Shown one piece after another: positions 40,462 through 52,213 of a stretch of 64,000 bases of DNA. This DNA is from an uncultured Armatimonadia bacterium (GTDB taxonomy: Bacteria > Armatimonadota > Zipacnadia > CAVVLO01), in NCBI GenBank assembly GCA_963749155.1, contig CAVVLO010000001.1, forward strand, positions 256,001 to 320,000, given 5' to 3'. Positions within the stretch are counted from its first letter, which is position 1. Every line of letters starts with the position of its first letter. The position numbers and the translations under genes were made by a program. Below the pieces are notes generated by a model. The model was not told the origin of the DNA, did not search any database, and was given only the letters and a program-made list of their open reading frames with translations.

Positions 40462-43275
40462 ATGGGAACCTATCTGCACGCGCGGCCTGTGCTGCCTGAC
40501 CAGGGCAAACTCGCCCTCGATTATGCGCCAGGAACTGAATTCAGCTTTGAAGGGCCAGTCGGCAAACGGCTGCAGGCAAATATGGAGCAGTGGCAACTGG
40601 TCGCGCCTTATGCCAATCCTGGGATGCTCGCGATGATGCGGTTGCGGGACCGCCTGCCGGAGCCGGAACTGGTCTGGTGGGCTGGCGAATTCGTCGGGAA
40701 GTTTCTGCTGTCATGTATCGAGAACTGGCAACTGACGCGCGAGCCGAGGCTGCGCGGGCTTATCGTCACTCTGGTAGACCGCCTGGAGGCGCTGCAGGCC
40801 GAGGACGGGTATCTGGGCCCCTTCCCCAAAGACCGCCGCTTGCTGGGCGCCTGGGACCTGTGGGGTCACTATCACATAATGATGGGCCTGCTGACCTGGT
40901 TCGACCTCGTAGGCGATGAGCGCTGCCTGGCTATCAGCCGCCGGATAGCGGACCTGGTCTGTGCCACCTATCTGGAGCAGGAGAAGAGCCTGCTCGAGGC
41001 CGGCTTCCCCGAGATGAACCTGGCGATAATCCATTCGCTGGGCTGGCTGTACCGCCTGACAGGGGAAGACCGTTATCTCTGGCAGCTCAAGGCCATTGAG
41101 CGCGACTTCGAGAAGGCGGGCGACTACGTGCTGGCGGGCGCGGCGGGAGTGCCCTTCTATATGACGCCAAGCCCCCGGTGGGAGAGCCTCCACGATATGA
41201 TGGGCCTGCTGGAGCTGTGGCGCATCTCGGGCGATGAGACCTACTCCCGGGCGCTGTCGAATCATTGGCAGAGCATCTGGGCGACCGACGTGCACAACAC
41301 CGGGGCCTTCACCACGCATGAGCAGGCCATCGGCAACCCCTTCAGCCCGGGCGCAATAGAGACCTGCTGCGTCATCGCCTGGTGCAACTACACGCTGGAG
41401 CAGTTGCGGCTGACTGGCGACTGCCTCGCGGCCGACGCCTTCGAGCTGGCCTTCTGGAATTCGCTCCTCGGCGCGCAACATCCAAGCGGGCGCTGGTGGA
41501 CGTATGACACTCCGATGGACGGCAAGAAGCTGGCCTCGGCGCATTCGATTGTCTTCCAGTCGAGGGCAGGCACGCCTGAACTGAACTGTTGCTCGGTCAA
41601 CTCCTCGCGCGGGCTTGGGATGCTCGCCAAGTGGGCCGTGATGACCGATGAGGAAGGCCTGGTGCTCAACTATTGGGGGCCAGTAACGATTTCCACGCTG
41701 CTGCCAACCGGCGAACGTATCAGTCTGACTCAGGTGACCGAATATCCAGTCGGCGAGGTTGTCCGGCTGACTGTTACGCCCGATGAACCGCTCCACTTCC
41801 GCCTCAAGCTGCGCATCCCGGGCTGGTCGAAGGGCACCAGTGTGCGCGTGAACGGCGAACGAGTGGCTCACGTTGCACCTGGCGAGTATCTCTCAATTGC
41901 CCGAGTCTGGCAGCCTGGCGACCTGATTGAGGTGGATTTTGACTTTTCGCCCAGGTTGCTGGTGGGCGATGGCGAGTGCAGGGGCAAAGTAAGCGTGTAT
42001 CGCGGCCCCTTGTTGCTTGCGTATGACCAGTTGCTCAACACTTGCGACCCTCAGGAGCTGCCGGCGATCGATGCCTCGAAGCCAGTCGTGCTGGACCGGG
42101 TGAGGGCCGGGGACGAGTGGTTCCCGCCGCTGGTGGCCTTCAAAATCGAGACGAGCGATCCGGACAAGTCGCTGGTGCTTTGCGATTTCGCAAGCGCCGG
42201 GGCGCTTGGGTGCGAGTACCGCAGCTGGCTGCCTGCAATCAAGACGGCTCCACCCGAGTTCGATCTGGTTTCACCGAAGGCCGAGGCGCGTTTGGGACCT
42301 GGGAGGACGGCGTTCAGATGGGCCTTCAACCCGCAACAAAAGCGAAGCAACCTGACTTACAGGTTGATCATCAGCACCTCGCCCGATTTGGGGCTGCCAG
42401 CCCTCGAAGCTACCGAGCTTAGGCGCAGTTATGCGCAGGCAGACCTTGCCGAACTGCCAGCGGGCAGAGCGTATTACTGGGGCGTCGTGGCGGAAAACGA
42501 CTTTGGCAAGCGCGCGCAACAAGGCGCGCCCAGGCGGTTCTTCCTCGACGCGGCTGCCGAGGTCAGCCCTCTTGCGCCCGAGCCTGATGCGGAGGGGATA
42601 CTGGTTGCGGACGCCCTGGCAGGCCAGCCTGAGCCCACGCGGGGCGTGTTGCTCGAAGCAGTCGGAATCCAGTCGGCAGGAGGCGCGGTCAGCTTCTCGG
42701 GCTCGGGGCTGGTACGCTATGCGGTGCCGTGGTTCCCGCTGGAATACACGCTGTCGCTATGGTTCCGCGCCGATGAGCTGGCAAAGCCTGGCCTGCAACA
42801 GCTTTTCAGCGCCTGGCGCGCCGGGGGAGACGACCCGCTTCGACTGACCCTGGAAGGGGGCAAGCTTAGGGCCTCACTCCAGCATTTTATGGGGATACCA
42901 ACGCCGCCGGCCTTCGAGCCTGAAGCAGGGCGCTGGTATCACGCGGCGGTCACTTTTGGCCCCGAATCGTCAGCGCCTGTGGATCCAGCTTTCGCAAGGC
43001 AGGCGGTCTCTCCCTTCGGCAGCGGGGCGGTTTCTGAGGCGGACGCCCAGGCCAGAACGCGTATTATGAAGTTCTATGTCGAGGGCAAGCTGCTGGGTTC
43101 TGCGCTCCACCCAGTCGGCCTGGCCACAGAGGCCTCGGATTTCGCCCTGGGCGCAAATCCTCATATGGCGGGCGAAGAATTTGTGGGCGCGCTTGCTGGT
43201 TTTACTTTCTATGAGGGCGCGCTTGATGAGACTGCAGTCGGCCAGCTCGCCGCCCGGCAACTGGACCTGACTTAA
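40462..43275 (+). CDS. GH127/GH146-like glycoside hydrolase with C-terminal FN3-like and LamG-like domains (no signal peptide)
   Basis: WAGEFVGK, DGYLGPF, WDLWGHYH, ETCC, NCCSVN, LRIPGWS, RGPLLL; YYWGV; WYHAAVT. Confidence 0.8.
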   Translation: MGTYLHARPVLPDQGKLALDYAPGTEFSFEGPVGKRLQANMEQWQLVAPYANPGMLAMMRLRDRLPEPELVWWAGEFVGKFLLSCIENWQLTREPRLRGLIVTLVDRLEALQAEDGYLGPFPKDRRLLGAWDLWGHYHIMMGLLTWFDLVGDERCLAISRRIADLVCATYLEQEKSLLEAGFPEMNLAIIHSLGWLYRLTGEDRYLWQLKAIERDFEKAGDYVLAGAAGVPFYMTPSPRWESLHDMMGLLELWRISGDETYSRALSNHWQSIWATDVHNTGAFTTHEQAIGNPFSPGAIETCCVIAWCNYTLEQLRLTGDCLAADAFELAFWNSLLGAQHPSGRWWTYDTPMDGKKLASAHSIVFQSRAGTPELNCCSVNSSRGLGMLAKWAVMTDEEGLVLNYWGPVTISTLLPTGERISLTQVTEYPVGEVVRLTVTPDEPLHFRLKLRIPGWSKGTSVRVNGERVAHVAPGEYLSIARVWQPGDLIEVDFDFSPRLLVGDGECRGKVSVYRGPLLLAYDQLLNTCDPQELPAIDASKPVVLDRVRAGDEWFPPLVAFKIETSDPDKSLVLCDFASAGALGCEYRSWLPAIKTAPPEFDLVSPKAEARLGPGRTAFRWAFNPQQKRSNLTYRLIISTSPDLGLPALEATELRRSYAQADLAELPAGRAYYWGVVAENDFGKRAQQGAPRRFFLDAAAEVSPLAPEPDAEGILVADALAGQPEPTRGVLLEAVGIQSAGGAVSFSGSGLVRYAVPWFPLEYTLSLWFRADELAKPGLQQLFSAWRAGGDDPLRLTLEGGKLRASLQHFMGIPTPPAFEPEAGRWYHAAVTFGPESSAPVDPAFARQAVSPFGSGAVSEADAQARTRIMKFYVEGKLLGSALHPVGLATEASDFALGANPHMAGEEFVGALAGFTFYEGALDETAVGQLAARQLDLT

Positions 43276-43286
43276 AGGAGTGTCCT

Positions 43287-46059
43287 ATGCAACAACTGAT
43301 GGTCTTGTGTCTGATATTGCTGATGGGGGGATTGGCTTTGGCCAAAGTTGAATACGCCCTGCCCGACAAGGGCCAGCTTGTGATGGATTCACCGCTTGAG
43401 GCGACTTTCCAGTTTGGCGGCGAGACAGGTCGCAGGCTCGAGGCGAGTCGAGAGCAGTGGCTGCTGCCCGCGCCATACTCCAATCCGGGCATCGTCGAGA
43501 TGATCCGGCTGAGGGGGCGAGAGCCCCAATTGCCCCTGCCTGTGCCGTGGTCAGGCGAATATATCGGCAAGTTCCTGCTGGGCGCCATCGAACAATGGCA
43601 GCTTACGGGGAACGCCGAGTTGAAAGCGATTATCCAGCTTTTGGTGAACAAGGTGGTCGAATACCAGAAGCCCGATGGTTATGCCGGGCCGTGGCCAGAG
43701 GAGACCCAGCTCATCGCTCAATGGGATTTATGGGGCCACTATCACCTGATGATGGCGTTGCTGACCTGGTACGAACTGACAGGAGATGAACAGGCGCTCA
43801 CGGTCTCGAAGCGGATGGGCGATCTCATCGCCAGGACTTACGTTGAGAAGGGCTTCAGCACGCTGGATGCGCCACCTATCGAGATAAATATGAACATCGT
43901 CCACAGCCTGGGCTGGCTGTACCGGCTTACAGGAGAAGCACGTTATTTGGCCCAGATGCGCCAAATCGAGGAAGACTGGGAAGAATCTGGCGACTTTTTG
44001 CGCAATGGCCTGGCGCATGTGCCCTATTTTATGGGCAAGGTAACGCGCTGGGAGTCGCTGCACGGCGTAGACGGCCTGGTGGAGTTCTATCGCATAACGG
44101 GCGATGAGCGTTATGCTGAGGCCTTCTCGAATCTTTGGGACTCGATGCGCCTCTTCGACACGCACACGACGGGGGGTTTCTCAACTGGCGAGTCGGCAAT
44201 TGGCGACCAGTTTGCGATGGGCTCTATCGAGACTTGCTGTGTAATCGCTTTCAATTCACTCTCGATTGATGAACTGCGCGTAAAGGGCAACTCGCTGGCA
44301 GGCGATGCGCTGGAGCAGGCTTACTGGAACGCGGTGCTCGGGTTCCAGCATCCAACTTGCCGGTGGTACACCTATGACACGCCGATGGATGGCCGGCAGA
44401 TTTCGGCGTATACGGTTATGACCGGTGGTCATGGGGGGGCGGGGACCTCGGAGTTTGGCTGCTGTCCCGCTAATGGCGCGCGCGGGCTTGGGATGCTCGC
44501 CAAGTGGGCGGTAATGGAGAGCGCCGCCGGACCGGTAGTCAACTATTATGGCCCGCTTGCGGTCACGATGCCTCTGGCTCAGGGGGGCAAAGTAGCCCTG
44601 AGGCAGGTTACAGACTATCCAGTCTCTCCTGTGGTGCGGCTCGAAGTGACCCCTGATGCCCCCAGAGAGTTCGAGCTCAGGCTGCGCATACCGAAATGGT
44701 CGACCGAGACCGCTGTTCGGGTAAATGGCGCTCCTGTCCAGGCCCTGCGAGCCTGGGACCTTCCTGACTATCGACAGGCGCTGGAAGGCCGGCGACGTGG
44801 TGGAGGTCAGTTTTGATTTCACCCCGCACCTTGTGAACGGCGACGGCCCGTGGCTGGGGAAGGTCGCAATATTCCACGGGCCACTGTTGCTGGCCTGGGC
44901 TCAAGGGCTGTCAGATTTTGACGCGAAAGACTTGCCCGCACTCGATCTTGCCAGGCCCTGGTCGCTTGAACCGGTAGAGGTTAAGAACGACTGGTACAAG
45001 CCTGTTGCAGCCTTCCGCCTGGTGCAGCAAGGGCTGGCAACTCAGCCTTTGCTTACAGATTTCGCAAGCGCAGGGGCGCTTGGGACAGAATATCTAAGCT
45101 GGCTACCGGCCGAACACGGAGGGCCACCGCCTTTCAATCTTGGCAAACCTTTCGAGGGGCAAGCTGTGCCAGAGGGACTGGCGCGCTTCAACTGGACTCG
45201 TTCCAGATCGGACAAGGAACGCACCTTCACGCTGACTATTGCCGAGGATGAGGCAATGACACAGCCGGTGCTAACGCTTGAGAACGCCGGCAGTGGCGCA
45301 ATCGTCGACCTGGAGCCTCTCCTTCCGAACAAACTCTATTGGTGGGATGTCACCTCGACCAACCAGTATGGGAAGAGGCAGAGCGAGGACGGGCCTTATA
45401 GCTTCATCGTAGACCCCTCGCTGCCAGCCGAGGTTATCGAGACTTACCAGTTCAATCCGGAGGGGATTGGAGCCGCCTCCAGGCTGGCCGGAAATCCGGA
45501 GCCAACTTATGGCAAGCTCCTTTCAGTCGAGGGAGTCAAGCCGGCTGAGGGCCCAAGTGGCCAGCCGGACACTGCTCTAGAGTTCAACGGCGCGGGGCGA
45601 GTGATGTATACAGTGCCCTGGGTACCCGATGATTACAGCTTCTCGGTTTGGGTGATGCCGCTCAACGTCGCCACCGAGAAGACCCAGCAACTGGTCAGCT
45701 TCTGGTGCGCGGGAATGGATGACCCGCTGCGCGTCTATATCAGCGCAGGGAAGCTTGCCGCAGCAATTGAGGGGGGCGGTGGCTTCCACACGCCCAAGGT
45801 GCCAGTCCAGGCCGACCACTGGTACCACGTCGTCGCTGTCAAATCTGGTACGCAGCTCAGCCTGTATCTGGACGGCAAGCAGGTGGCCCAGACAGGCGTG
45901 CGCGGGCCGGTAATGACGCGCGCGCAGGACTTCTCCCTGGGCGCCAACCCTCACTATATGGGGGACGAGTATCTCATCGGCCGCCTGGCAGACTTCGTCT
46001 GGTACGGCAAAGCGCTTACCGATGAGGAAATCGCTGCCCTGGCTGCGCGCAAGCCCTGA
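43287..46059 (+). CDS. Secreted paralog of the preceding GH127-like protein with LamG domain; frameshift near 44740
   Basis: Signal peptide; WSGEYIGK, WDLWGHYH, ETCC, GCCPAN / GPLLLAW, DFASAGALG, WYHVVAV..LYLDG. Confidence 0.8.
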
Positions 46060-46080
46060 GAGGACTAGCTGTCAATCTGA

Positions 46081-46119
46081 AAAAGGGAGTCCGACCAGCC
46101 GGTCGGGCTCCCTTGTTGT
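46081..46119. terminator. Probably bidirectional terminator between convergent genes
   Basis: AAGGGAGTCCGACC/GGTCGGGCTCCCTT stem with an A run on the left and T-rich sequence on the right. Confidence 0.7.
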
Positions 46120-48098
46120 CAATCCAGTTCGAACTCGAGACCAATCTGCCTGGCGCCGCCTGGCTGGACGCTCACGGGCAGCTCGAAGTCTTCAGACCAG
46201 ATCTCGCAAGTCTCACTGCCCGAGCAGTGGTAGACAACCAGTCCAAACCTCAGCAGCCCTGCGCCTTCGGTGGCTTCGAAAGGCAACTCAAGGGTGGTGT
46301 CCACCAGACGCCCTGACTGGCTGGCGAATCTCAAGGGCGCGCCGCTTGCGTCCAGTTTCCAGCCGGACGGCGAATCCTCGGTCAGCGTATGGCCGGCAGG
46401 CAGTGCCAGCGTCACCACCAGCTTGCCCTCGCCTGGCGAGATAAGTGCCTTGCTCAGTGTCAGGGCTTCCTCACCAGCGGTTGGCGCGGTCGGAAGTGGC
46501 ACGCCGGTCAGCTTCAAGGTGCCGATGAGGCCAGTCCGGGTATCCACGGTGCGGATGGCGTGATTGTTGGTATCCGCAACATAGAGAGTGTTGCCAGTCA
46601 GGGCGAAGCCTGACGGCTCATAGAAAGCCGCCTCAGGCCCATCGGCGAAACCCGGCCTGCCAGTACCTGCGAAACTCGTCACCTCGCCGGTCGTCACGTT
46701 CGCCTGTTTGAGCTTGTGGTTGTAGGTGTCGGCAATCCACAGTGTCTTCCCCTGCAGTAGCACGCCCAGAGGATGCTGCAAACGCACTCCATCACCTGTG
46801 CCATCGCGGTCGCCGAAGTCGAACAGATCGCCTCCGGCCAGTGTCGAGACGCGCCCTTCCAGCAAGTCGAGTCTGCGTAGAGAGCTTATCTCCGAGTCTG
46901 CGACATACAGATATTTGGCATCGCCGGTGAGGCCCGAGGGCTGCGCGAAAGCTGCCTGGGCGAAGGGGCCATCTCCCCTGGCTTCGCGCCCGGTACCCGC
47001 GAAAGGTTTTATCCAGTCGCGCGCCAGGTCATAACTCCATATCTGATGGGTCCCAGCCATTGCGATATAGGCTTTGTCGCCCACCACGGCCAGATCCCAG
47101 GGGGTCGAAAGCGCAACCTCCAGCCCTTTGCCTTCACCGCGCGCATAGGTTGTGCTCTGGAAACCCGTCCCCGCCAGAGTCCTAACCTGGCCAGTGGTTA
47201 AATCTACCCGGCGCAGGACGTGATTTTCGGTGTCAGCGACCAGCAGAGAGCCTTTCCACAAGGCCAGTCCCTGAGGCCGGTTGAAACGTGCCGTAGCGAA
47301 GTCGCCATCAACAAGCCCTGCTGTCCCATCGCCTACCGCCTGAAGGAACTTGCCCGCAAGGTCCGTCACCACGATACGGTTGTGGTTGGAATCGGAGATG
47401 AATAACTTGCCTCGGGCTTCATCAACCGCCAGCTTGCCGGGGAAGGCGAGGGGCGAGGCAGGCCTGGTCTCCTGGGTTAGGTTGAGTGGCCGGTTATCGA
47501 GTTTGCCAGCGCGACCATAGAGTTCAAGTCCTTCGGTCAGAAGGCTCTCCAGAGTGGCACGGTGGCCTTCGCCAGAGGCACTCCACACGACATAGCCCTC
47601 TGGATCAATCAAGGCCAGAGTTGGCCAGGAGTTCACTCCAAAGCTGCGCCAGATGGCCATCTGGTTGTCGTTCACCACAGGATGTTTCAATTCGTAACGC
47701 AGTATGGCCTGGCGAATGTTTGCCGCGTCCTGCTCATTGGTGAACTTCGCCGAGTGCACGCCGATGACTACGAAAGGCTGACCTTCGAAATGCTTCTCCA
47801 GATACGCCAGCTCGGGCATTATATGGATGCAATTTATGCAGCAGTAAGTCCAAAAATCGAGCAGCACGAATTTGCCGCGCAGCTCCGCAAGCGAAAGCTC
47901 CTGGCCTGTATTCAGCCACTCCATACCCCTGGGAAATTCGGGCGCTCTGATATTCATACTGCGCCCCAGGAAATCCAGTTGGCCGCTCATCGCGGCTCCA
48001 CCTCCGAAAGCTCCAGACTGACTTTGGGCGGGAGAGCAACCTGTGAGCGCAACCATCCCTGTCAGTAAGAGCAATATAACCAGTCTTTTTGCCACCAC
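46119..48098 (-). CDS. Thioredoxin-like + NHL-repeat protein (NHLRC2/SOQ1-like), predicted lipoprotein
   Basis: Lipobox ALTGC; LDFWTYCCINC, GVHSAKF; NHL repeats (FNRPQGL, AQPSGL, LQHPLG, FYEPSG). Confidence 0.9.
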   Translation of the reverse strand: MVAKRLVILLLLTGMVALTGCSPAQSQSGAFGGGAAMSGQLDFLGRSMNIRAPEFPRGMEWLNTGQELSLAELRGKFVLLDFWTYCCINCIHIMPELAYLEKHFEGQPFVVIGVHSAKFTNEQDAANIRQAILRYELKHPVVNDNQMAIWRSFGVNSWPTLALIDPEGYVVWSASGEGHRATLESLLTEGLELYGRAGKLDNRPLNLTQETRPASPLAFPGKLAVDEARGKLFISDSNHNRIVVTDLAGKFLQAVGDGTAGLVDGDFATARFNRPQGLALWKGSLLVADTENHVLRRVDLTTGQVRTLAGTGFQSTTYARGEGKGLEVALSTPWDLAVVGDKAYIAMAGTHQIWSYDLARDWIKPFAGTGREARGDGPFAQAAFAQPSGLTGDAKYLYVADSEISSLRRLDLLEGRVSTLAGGDLFDFGDRDGTGDGVRLQHPLGVLLQGKTLWIADTYNHKLKQANVTTGEVTSFAGTGRPGFADGPEAAFYEPSGFALTGNTLYVADTNNHAIRTVDTRTGLIGTLKLTGVPLPTAPTAGEEALTLSKALISPGEGKLVVTLALPAGHTLTEDSPSGWKLDASGAPLRFASQSGRLVDTTLELPFEATEGAGLLRFGLVVYHCSGSETCEIWSEDFELPVSVQPGGARQIGLEFELD

Positions 48099-48162
48099 TA
48101 CTCTACCAGTCCTCCTCAGCTTACACCTTTACAACGACCAGGTGAGTTTTTGGAGTTCCCTT

Positions 48163-48189
48163 GCAGGAAGTGTCACTTTATAGCCAAAC
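48163..48189 (+). promoter_or_regulatory. sigmaH-like motif (one mismatch) upstream of the oxidoreductase
   Basis: GCAGGA-N17-AAAC. Confidence 0.35.
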
Positions 48190-48240
48190 TAGTTGCGTCG
48201 CCGAATTGGCGATCCAATCCAGAAAAGAGGCGAGTCCTTG

Positions 48241-49296
48241 ATGAGTAAAGTCCGAATTGGTTTTGTTGGCACCGGTGGGATGGGCCAGAACGCCCATCTC
48301 AAGAATTACTGCACTGTTCCTGACTGCGAAGTTGTGGCTATCGCAGAGATCCGTCCCCAGCTTGGAGAGCGCGTCGCGGCCAAATATGGCATCCCGAAGG
48401 TCTACACGGACCATAACGAGATGATCGAAAAAGAGAATCTCGATGGCCTTGTGGCTTCGCATTACTTCGCCCGGCATCCAATCCTGATCCCCGAACTGCT
48501 GAAAGCGGGCATCCCGGTCTTCACCGAGAAGCCACTTGCCTCGACCATCGAGGGCGGCGAGAAAATCGTCCAGGCCGTGAAGGACAGTGGCACCTGGATG
48601 ATGATCGGCTACCACAAGCGCTCCGACCCCGCCACGATGTACGCCAAGGCCGAAATCGACAGGCTGAAGGCTTCGGGTGAACTCGGCAGGCTGACTTATG
48701 TGCGCGTACTGATGCCGGCGGGCGACTGGGTGGCTGGCGGCTTCAATGACCTGCTGGGCACTGATGAGGCGCCGATCGCTCCGATGGAGCTGGAGCCCCC
48801 CTCGCCTTCGATGGACGCGGCGACCTTCGAGCAATATGTCAGCTTCGTCAATTACTACATCCACCAGGTGAATATGATGCGCCACCTGCTGGGTGAGGGT
48901 TACAAGGTTGTCTTCGCCGACAAATCGGGCAAGCTGCTGGTCGTCGAGAGCGCAAGCGGTGTCACCGGGATCATCGAGATGTCGCCTTATGTGACCACAA
49001 TCGACTGGCAGGAGCAGAATCTCGTGGCTTTCGATCATGGTTATGTGCAGGTCACTTTGCCCGCCCCGCTCGCACACAACCGGCCCGGCAGTGTTGAGAT
49101 TATGCGTGATCCAGGGGGCAACGTGACGCCCGAGACGATGGCCCCGACCCTGCCGTGGGTGCATGCCATGCGCCAGCAGGCGATGAACTTCGTGGCCGCC
49201 ATCAAGGGCGAGATGGCTCCCCTGACGACGGCGGAGGAAGCCCTTGAAGACCTGCGCGTGGCCAAGCAGTATATTGACCTGATGAAGGCTTACTGA
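48241..49296 (+). CDS. Gfo/Idh/MocA family oxidoreductase
   Basis: RIGFVGTGGMG, FTEKPLA, GYHKR. Confidence 0.92.
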   Translation: MSKVRIGFVGTGGMGQNAHLKNYCTVPDCEVVAIAEIRPQLGERVAAKYGIPKVYTDHNEMIEKENLDGLVASHYFARHPILIPELLKAGIPVFTEKPLASTIEGGEKIVQAVKDSGTWMMIGYHKRSDPATMYAKAEIDRLKASGELGRLTYVRVLMPAGDWVAGGFNDLLGTDEAPIAPMELEPPSPSMDAATFEQYVSFVNYYIHQVNMMRHLLGEGYKVVFADKSGKLLVVESASGVTGIIEMSPYVTTIDWQEQNLVAFDHGYVQVTLPAPLAHNRPGSVEIMRDPGGNVTPETMAPTLPWVHAMRQQAMNFVAAIKGEMAPLTTAEEALEDLRVAKQYIDLMKAY

Positions 49297-49319
49297 TTTA
49301 CGAGTTAGTCTGAATATGT

Positions 49320-49349
49320 GGAGCGAGCCTTTCGAGGCTCGCTCCTTTT
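49320..49349 (+). terminator. Rho-independent terminator
   Basis: GGAGCGAGCCT-TTCG-AGGCTCGCTCC-TTTT. Confidence 0.85.
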
Positions 49350-49431
49350 GTCTGCCTGGAGGAACCACTTGTACCTGGCCCAGGTTGGTGTATGCTGAAA
49401 GCAGAACGAGATTTCTCAAGGGGTGTTGAAA

Positions 49432-50055
49432 ATGGCAGTCAAGGTAAAAGTCGTTTTCTATAGTATGTTTGGGCATATCTGGCGGATGGCCGAGGCTGTT
49501 GCTGAGGGCGCGCGCCAGGTTGAAGGGATCGAGGTAAGTCTGCTGCAAGTGGCAGAGCTTGTGCCACAGGAGATCCTGGAGAAGTCAGGAGCTGCTGCCG
49601 CAAGAACTCAGTTCGCGCATATCCCGGTTGCCACTGTAGATGACCTGAGTGATGCTGATGCGTTGATATTCGGTACGCCTACCCGGTTCGGGAATATGAC
49701 CGCCCAGATGCGTAACTTCCTCGACCAGACCGGTGGATTGTGGATGGCAGGGGCACTAGTGGGCAAGGTTGGCAGCGTATTTACCAGTACCGCCACTCAG
49801 CATGGCGGGCAGGAGACTACCATAACAAGCTTCCACAATACGCTGCTGCACCATGGGATGATCATCGTGGGCATCCCGTATTCGGAAGCTCGCTTGCTCG
49901 AGATGGGCGAGATAACTGGAGGCAGCCCTTATGGCGCAGGCACTTTGGCAGGTGGAGATGGCTCCAGGCTGCCCAGCGAGAACGAACTCGAACTCGCCCG
50001 GATCCAGGGCAAGCGGGTTGCCGAGATCGCAAAAAAGCTTGTTTGCTGTAGCTAG
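49432..50055 (+). CDS. wrbA: NAD(P)H:quinone oxidoreductase WrbA
   Basis: [34 protein letters not shown]. Confidence 0.96.
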   Translation: MAVKVKVVFYSMFGHIWRMAEAVAEGARQVEGIEVSLLQVAELVPQEILEKSGAAAARTQFAHIPVATVDDLSDADALIFGTPTRFGNMTAQMRNFLDQTGGLWMAGALVGKVGSVFTSTATQHGGQETTITSFHNTLLHHGMIIVGIPYSEARLLEMGEITGGSPYGAGTLAGGDGSRLPSENELELARIQGKRVAEIAKKLVCCS

Positions 50056-52173
50056 GCGCTCTGCTGGCTGCGGCCAATAATCATCTGCTGCCAGTGTTCA
50101 TTTAAGGTGATGAAGCGCGCCGACCAGCCCGAGATCCGCACCGACAGGTTGGTGTGATTTTCCGGATGCTGTTGGGCGTCCAACAGGGTCTCGAGGTTGA
50201 CTGCGTCGATGTGCATAAAGATGCCCCCCAGCCGGCAGAAGGCGCGCATCAGCGCGACCAGCGCCTCGAGGCCAGCTTCTCCCTTTAGGGAAGCCGGGTC
50301 GACTTTCAGCTCGAGCGCCGTGCCATTGGTCAGGCGCGACAGGTCCAGGCTGCAGTGACTTTTTATTACCGCGGTCGGTCCCTCGAGGTCGGTCCCGGGT
50401 GAGGGGGAGAGGTTGGTCGCGAGTATGTCTCCCGCCTGGTGGCCGTCAGCCGTCGCGCCTCGCTGGGGCCGCCATTCGATCTCTCGGCCGAAAGTCGAGA
50501 TGCCCGGATAACGCAGGACGCCTTCCCGTTCGGGCACTTCCAGCACGAAGTCTACAAAATCCGTGAAAACGCGTTTGGCCATCGCGTCAGCCACCGGATC
50601 ATCATTACCATAAGCCAGTCTCCAACCGCGCACTTCCTGGCGCAGTTCTTCGTGGCCTTCCCAGCCTGCGCGGAGTATCTCGACAAGCTCCGGCAAGCTC
50701 ATCCGCTGCTCTTCATATACCAGCTTGCGCAAGGCAAGCAGGCTGTTGGCGGTGTCGGGCAGGCCCCCGGCATGCGGGCAATAAGTGCGATAAGTGGTAC
50801 CGCCATCGAAGTAACCGCGCCCCTTCTCGATACAGTCGCGCTCAAGCAGCGAGATAAGCGGGGCGGGACTGGGATTACGTCCGAAGCCATCGGCTTCCAG
50901 GTGCAGCCCCTCGATGGCTTTGTGCAACTCGGTTCGGAAGCCCGCGTAAAAGCTCTCAAAATCAGGATAATCTGCCGGATCACCCTTTCTAGTCACGCCG
51001 AGGAAGTTCTGTAATATCGCCAGCATATCGAAGGGGCGGTAGGCGAAATAGGTACGGCCTGGCACCTGGAGCTCCCAGCAGCCATCGTTGGCGAACCGGC
51101 GCGCCTCTTCGAGCGCGTAGCCGAAGTTGACCATACTGGTGATGATGAAAGGCTCGTTGTAGACGGCGACGGTCCCACTACCAAGGCGCTGGATAGCCGC
51201 AATCTTGCGCAGCAGCTCTTCGGGACTATCCTCCCGGATGCGCACCGCGATTGGAAAGTCGGCGATGCGCAGCTCTTCCACAACATCGAGGAGCAGCCAG
51301 GTGACCTCGTTGGTCACAGGATTGCCCTCTGCATCGATACCGCCGAGGACGACATTCTGATAATACTGCTTGTCGCCGCTGCCGCCGAAGTCATGCGAAC
51401 CCGTCCACTCCGCGCCGCGTATCCACATACTCGCCAGCAACTCGCGCGCCTCGTCCAGCGTGATAGCGCCACTTGAGAGGTCAGTTTTGAGGAAGCCACC
51501 TAGCATCTCGTCCACTCGTCCGATGCCCGGCCAGTTGCCACAAGCGCGCTGGTAGGCGAAGAGGAACCACAGCGACTGCACGGCCTGGCGGAAATTGGTC
51601 GGCGGGTGCTCCGGCACGGGCGCCAGCGCCTCTCGCACCGCTTGCCAGTGGGCCCGGTCGCTACCTTCCGAGCTGGCAATCAACTCATCCAGCGCCGCCA
51701 GATAACGCGCGTGGAAGATCGAAGCGCCCTCCAGCACGACTAGCATGGACTCCAGCAGGTCGATGACCGCGCTCATCGAGATCGCCACGGGAGAGGCGCT
51801 CCTCGATTTGGGCGCGCAGCCCCTTGTAGCCGACCTTTAGCGCGTGGTCGAACCCGAGGGTGACATGGCTGACGCTTATGATGAGAGGCTTGCCCTGATA
51901 TAAGGCAGGCACCTGATGGTAGCTGGCAAGCGCATAGTTGGCAGAGCCTACGATAAGCTCGCCTGGCTCGATGCGCACAGGGATATGCTCGGCGATCAGC
52001 TTGTCCGCAAGGGCTACCTGCCGCTCGGGTGAAAGCTCTTCGAAGCCTGGCACTTCGTCCAGCACAGGATAGTCGGTCGAGAGCGTCCTGCCCCACTCGC
52101 CCAACAGGACGCGCTCAGCCCGAGCGCGTGTTGCATCCGAAAGCCGTCTTACAGTGTCGTGAACCAGACTCAT
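50052..52173 (-). CDS. Glycyl radical enzyme (PFL superfamily), about 700 aa; frameshift near 51770
   Basis: [21 protein letters not shown] Cys loop, [20 protein letters not shown]-terminal VRISGWS glycyl loop. Confidence 0.88.
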
Positions 52174-52213
52174 CCATCATCCATCCAGAAAAATCAGTTT
52201 GGGCGATTTTACC

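Noticed and set aside
48129..48160. SigR/SigE-type ECF promoter (GGAAC...GTT) before the thioredoxin-NHL gene
   Set aside because: Spacer is 19 nt rather than about 18 and it is a single instance; too weak to call
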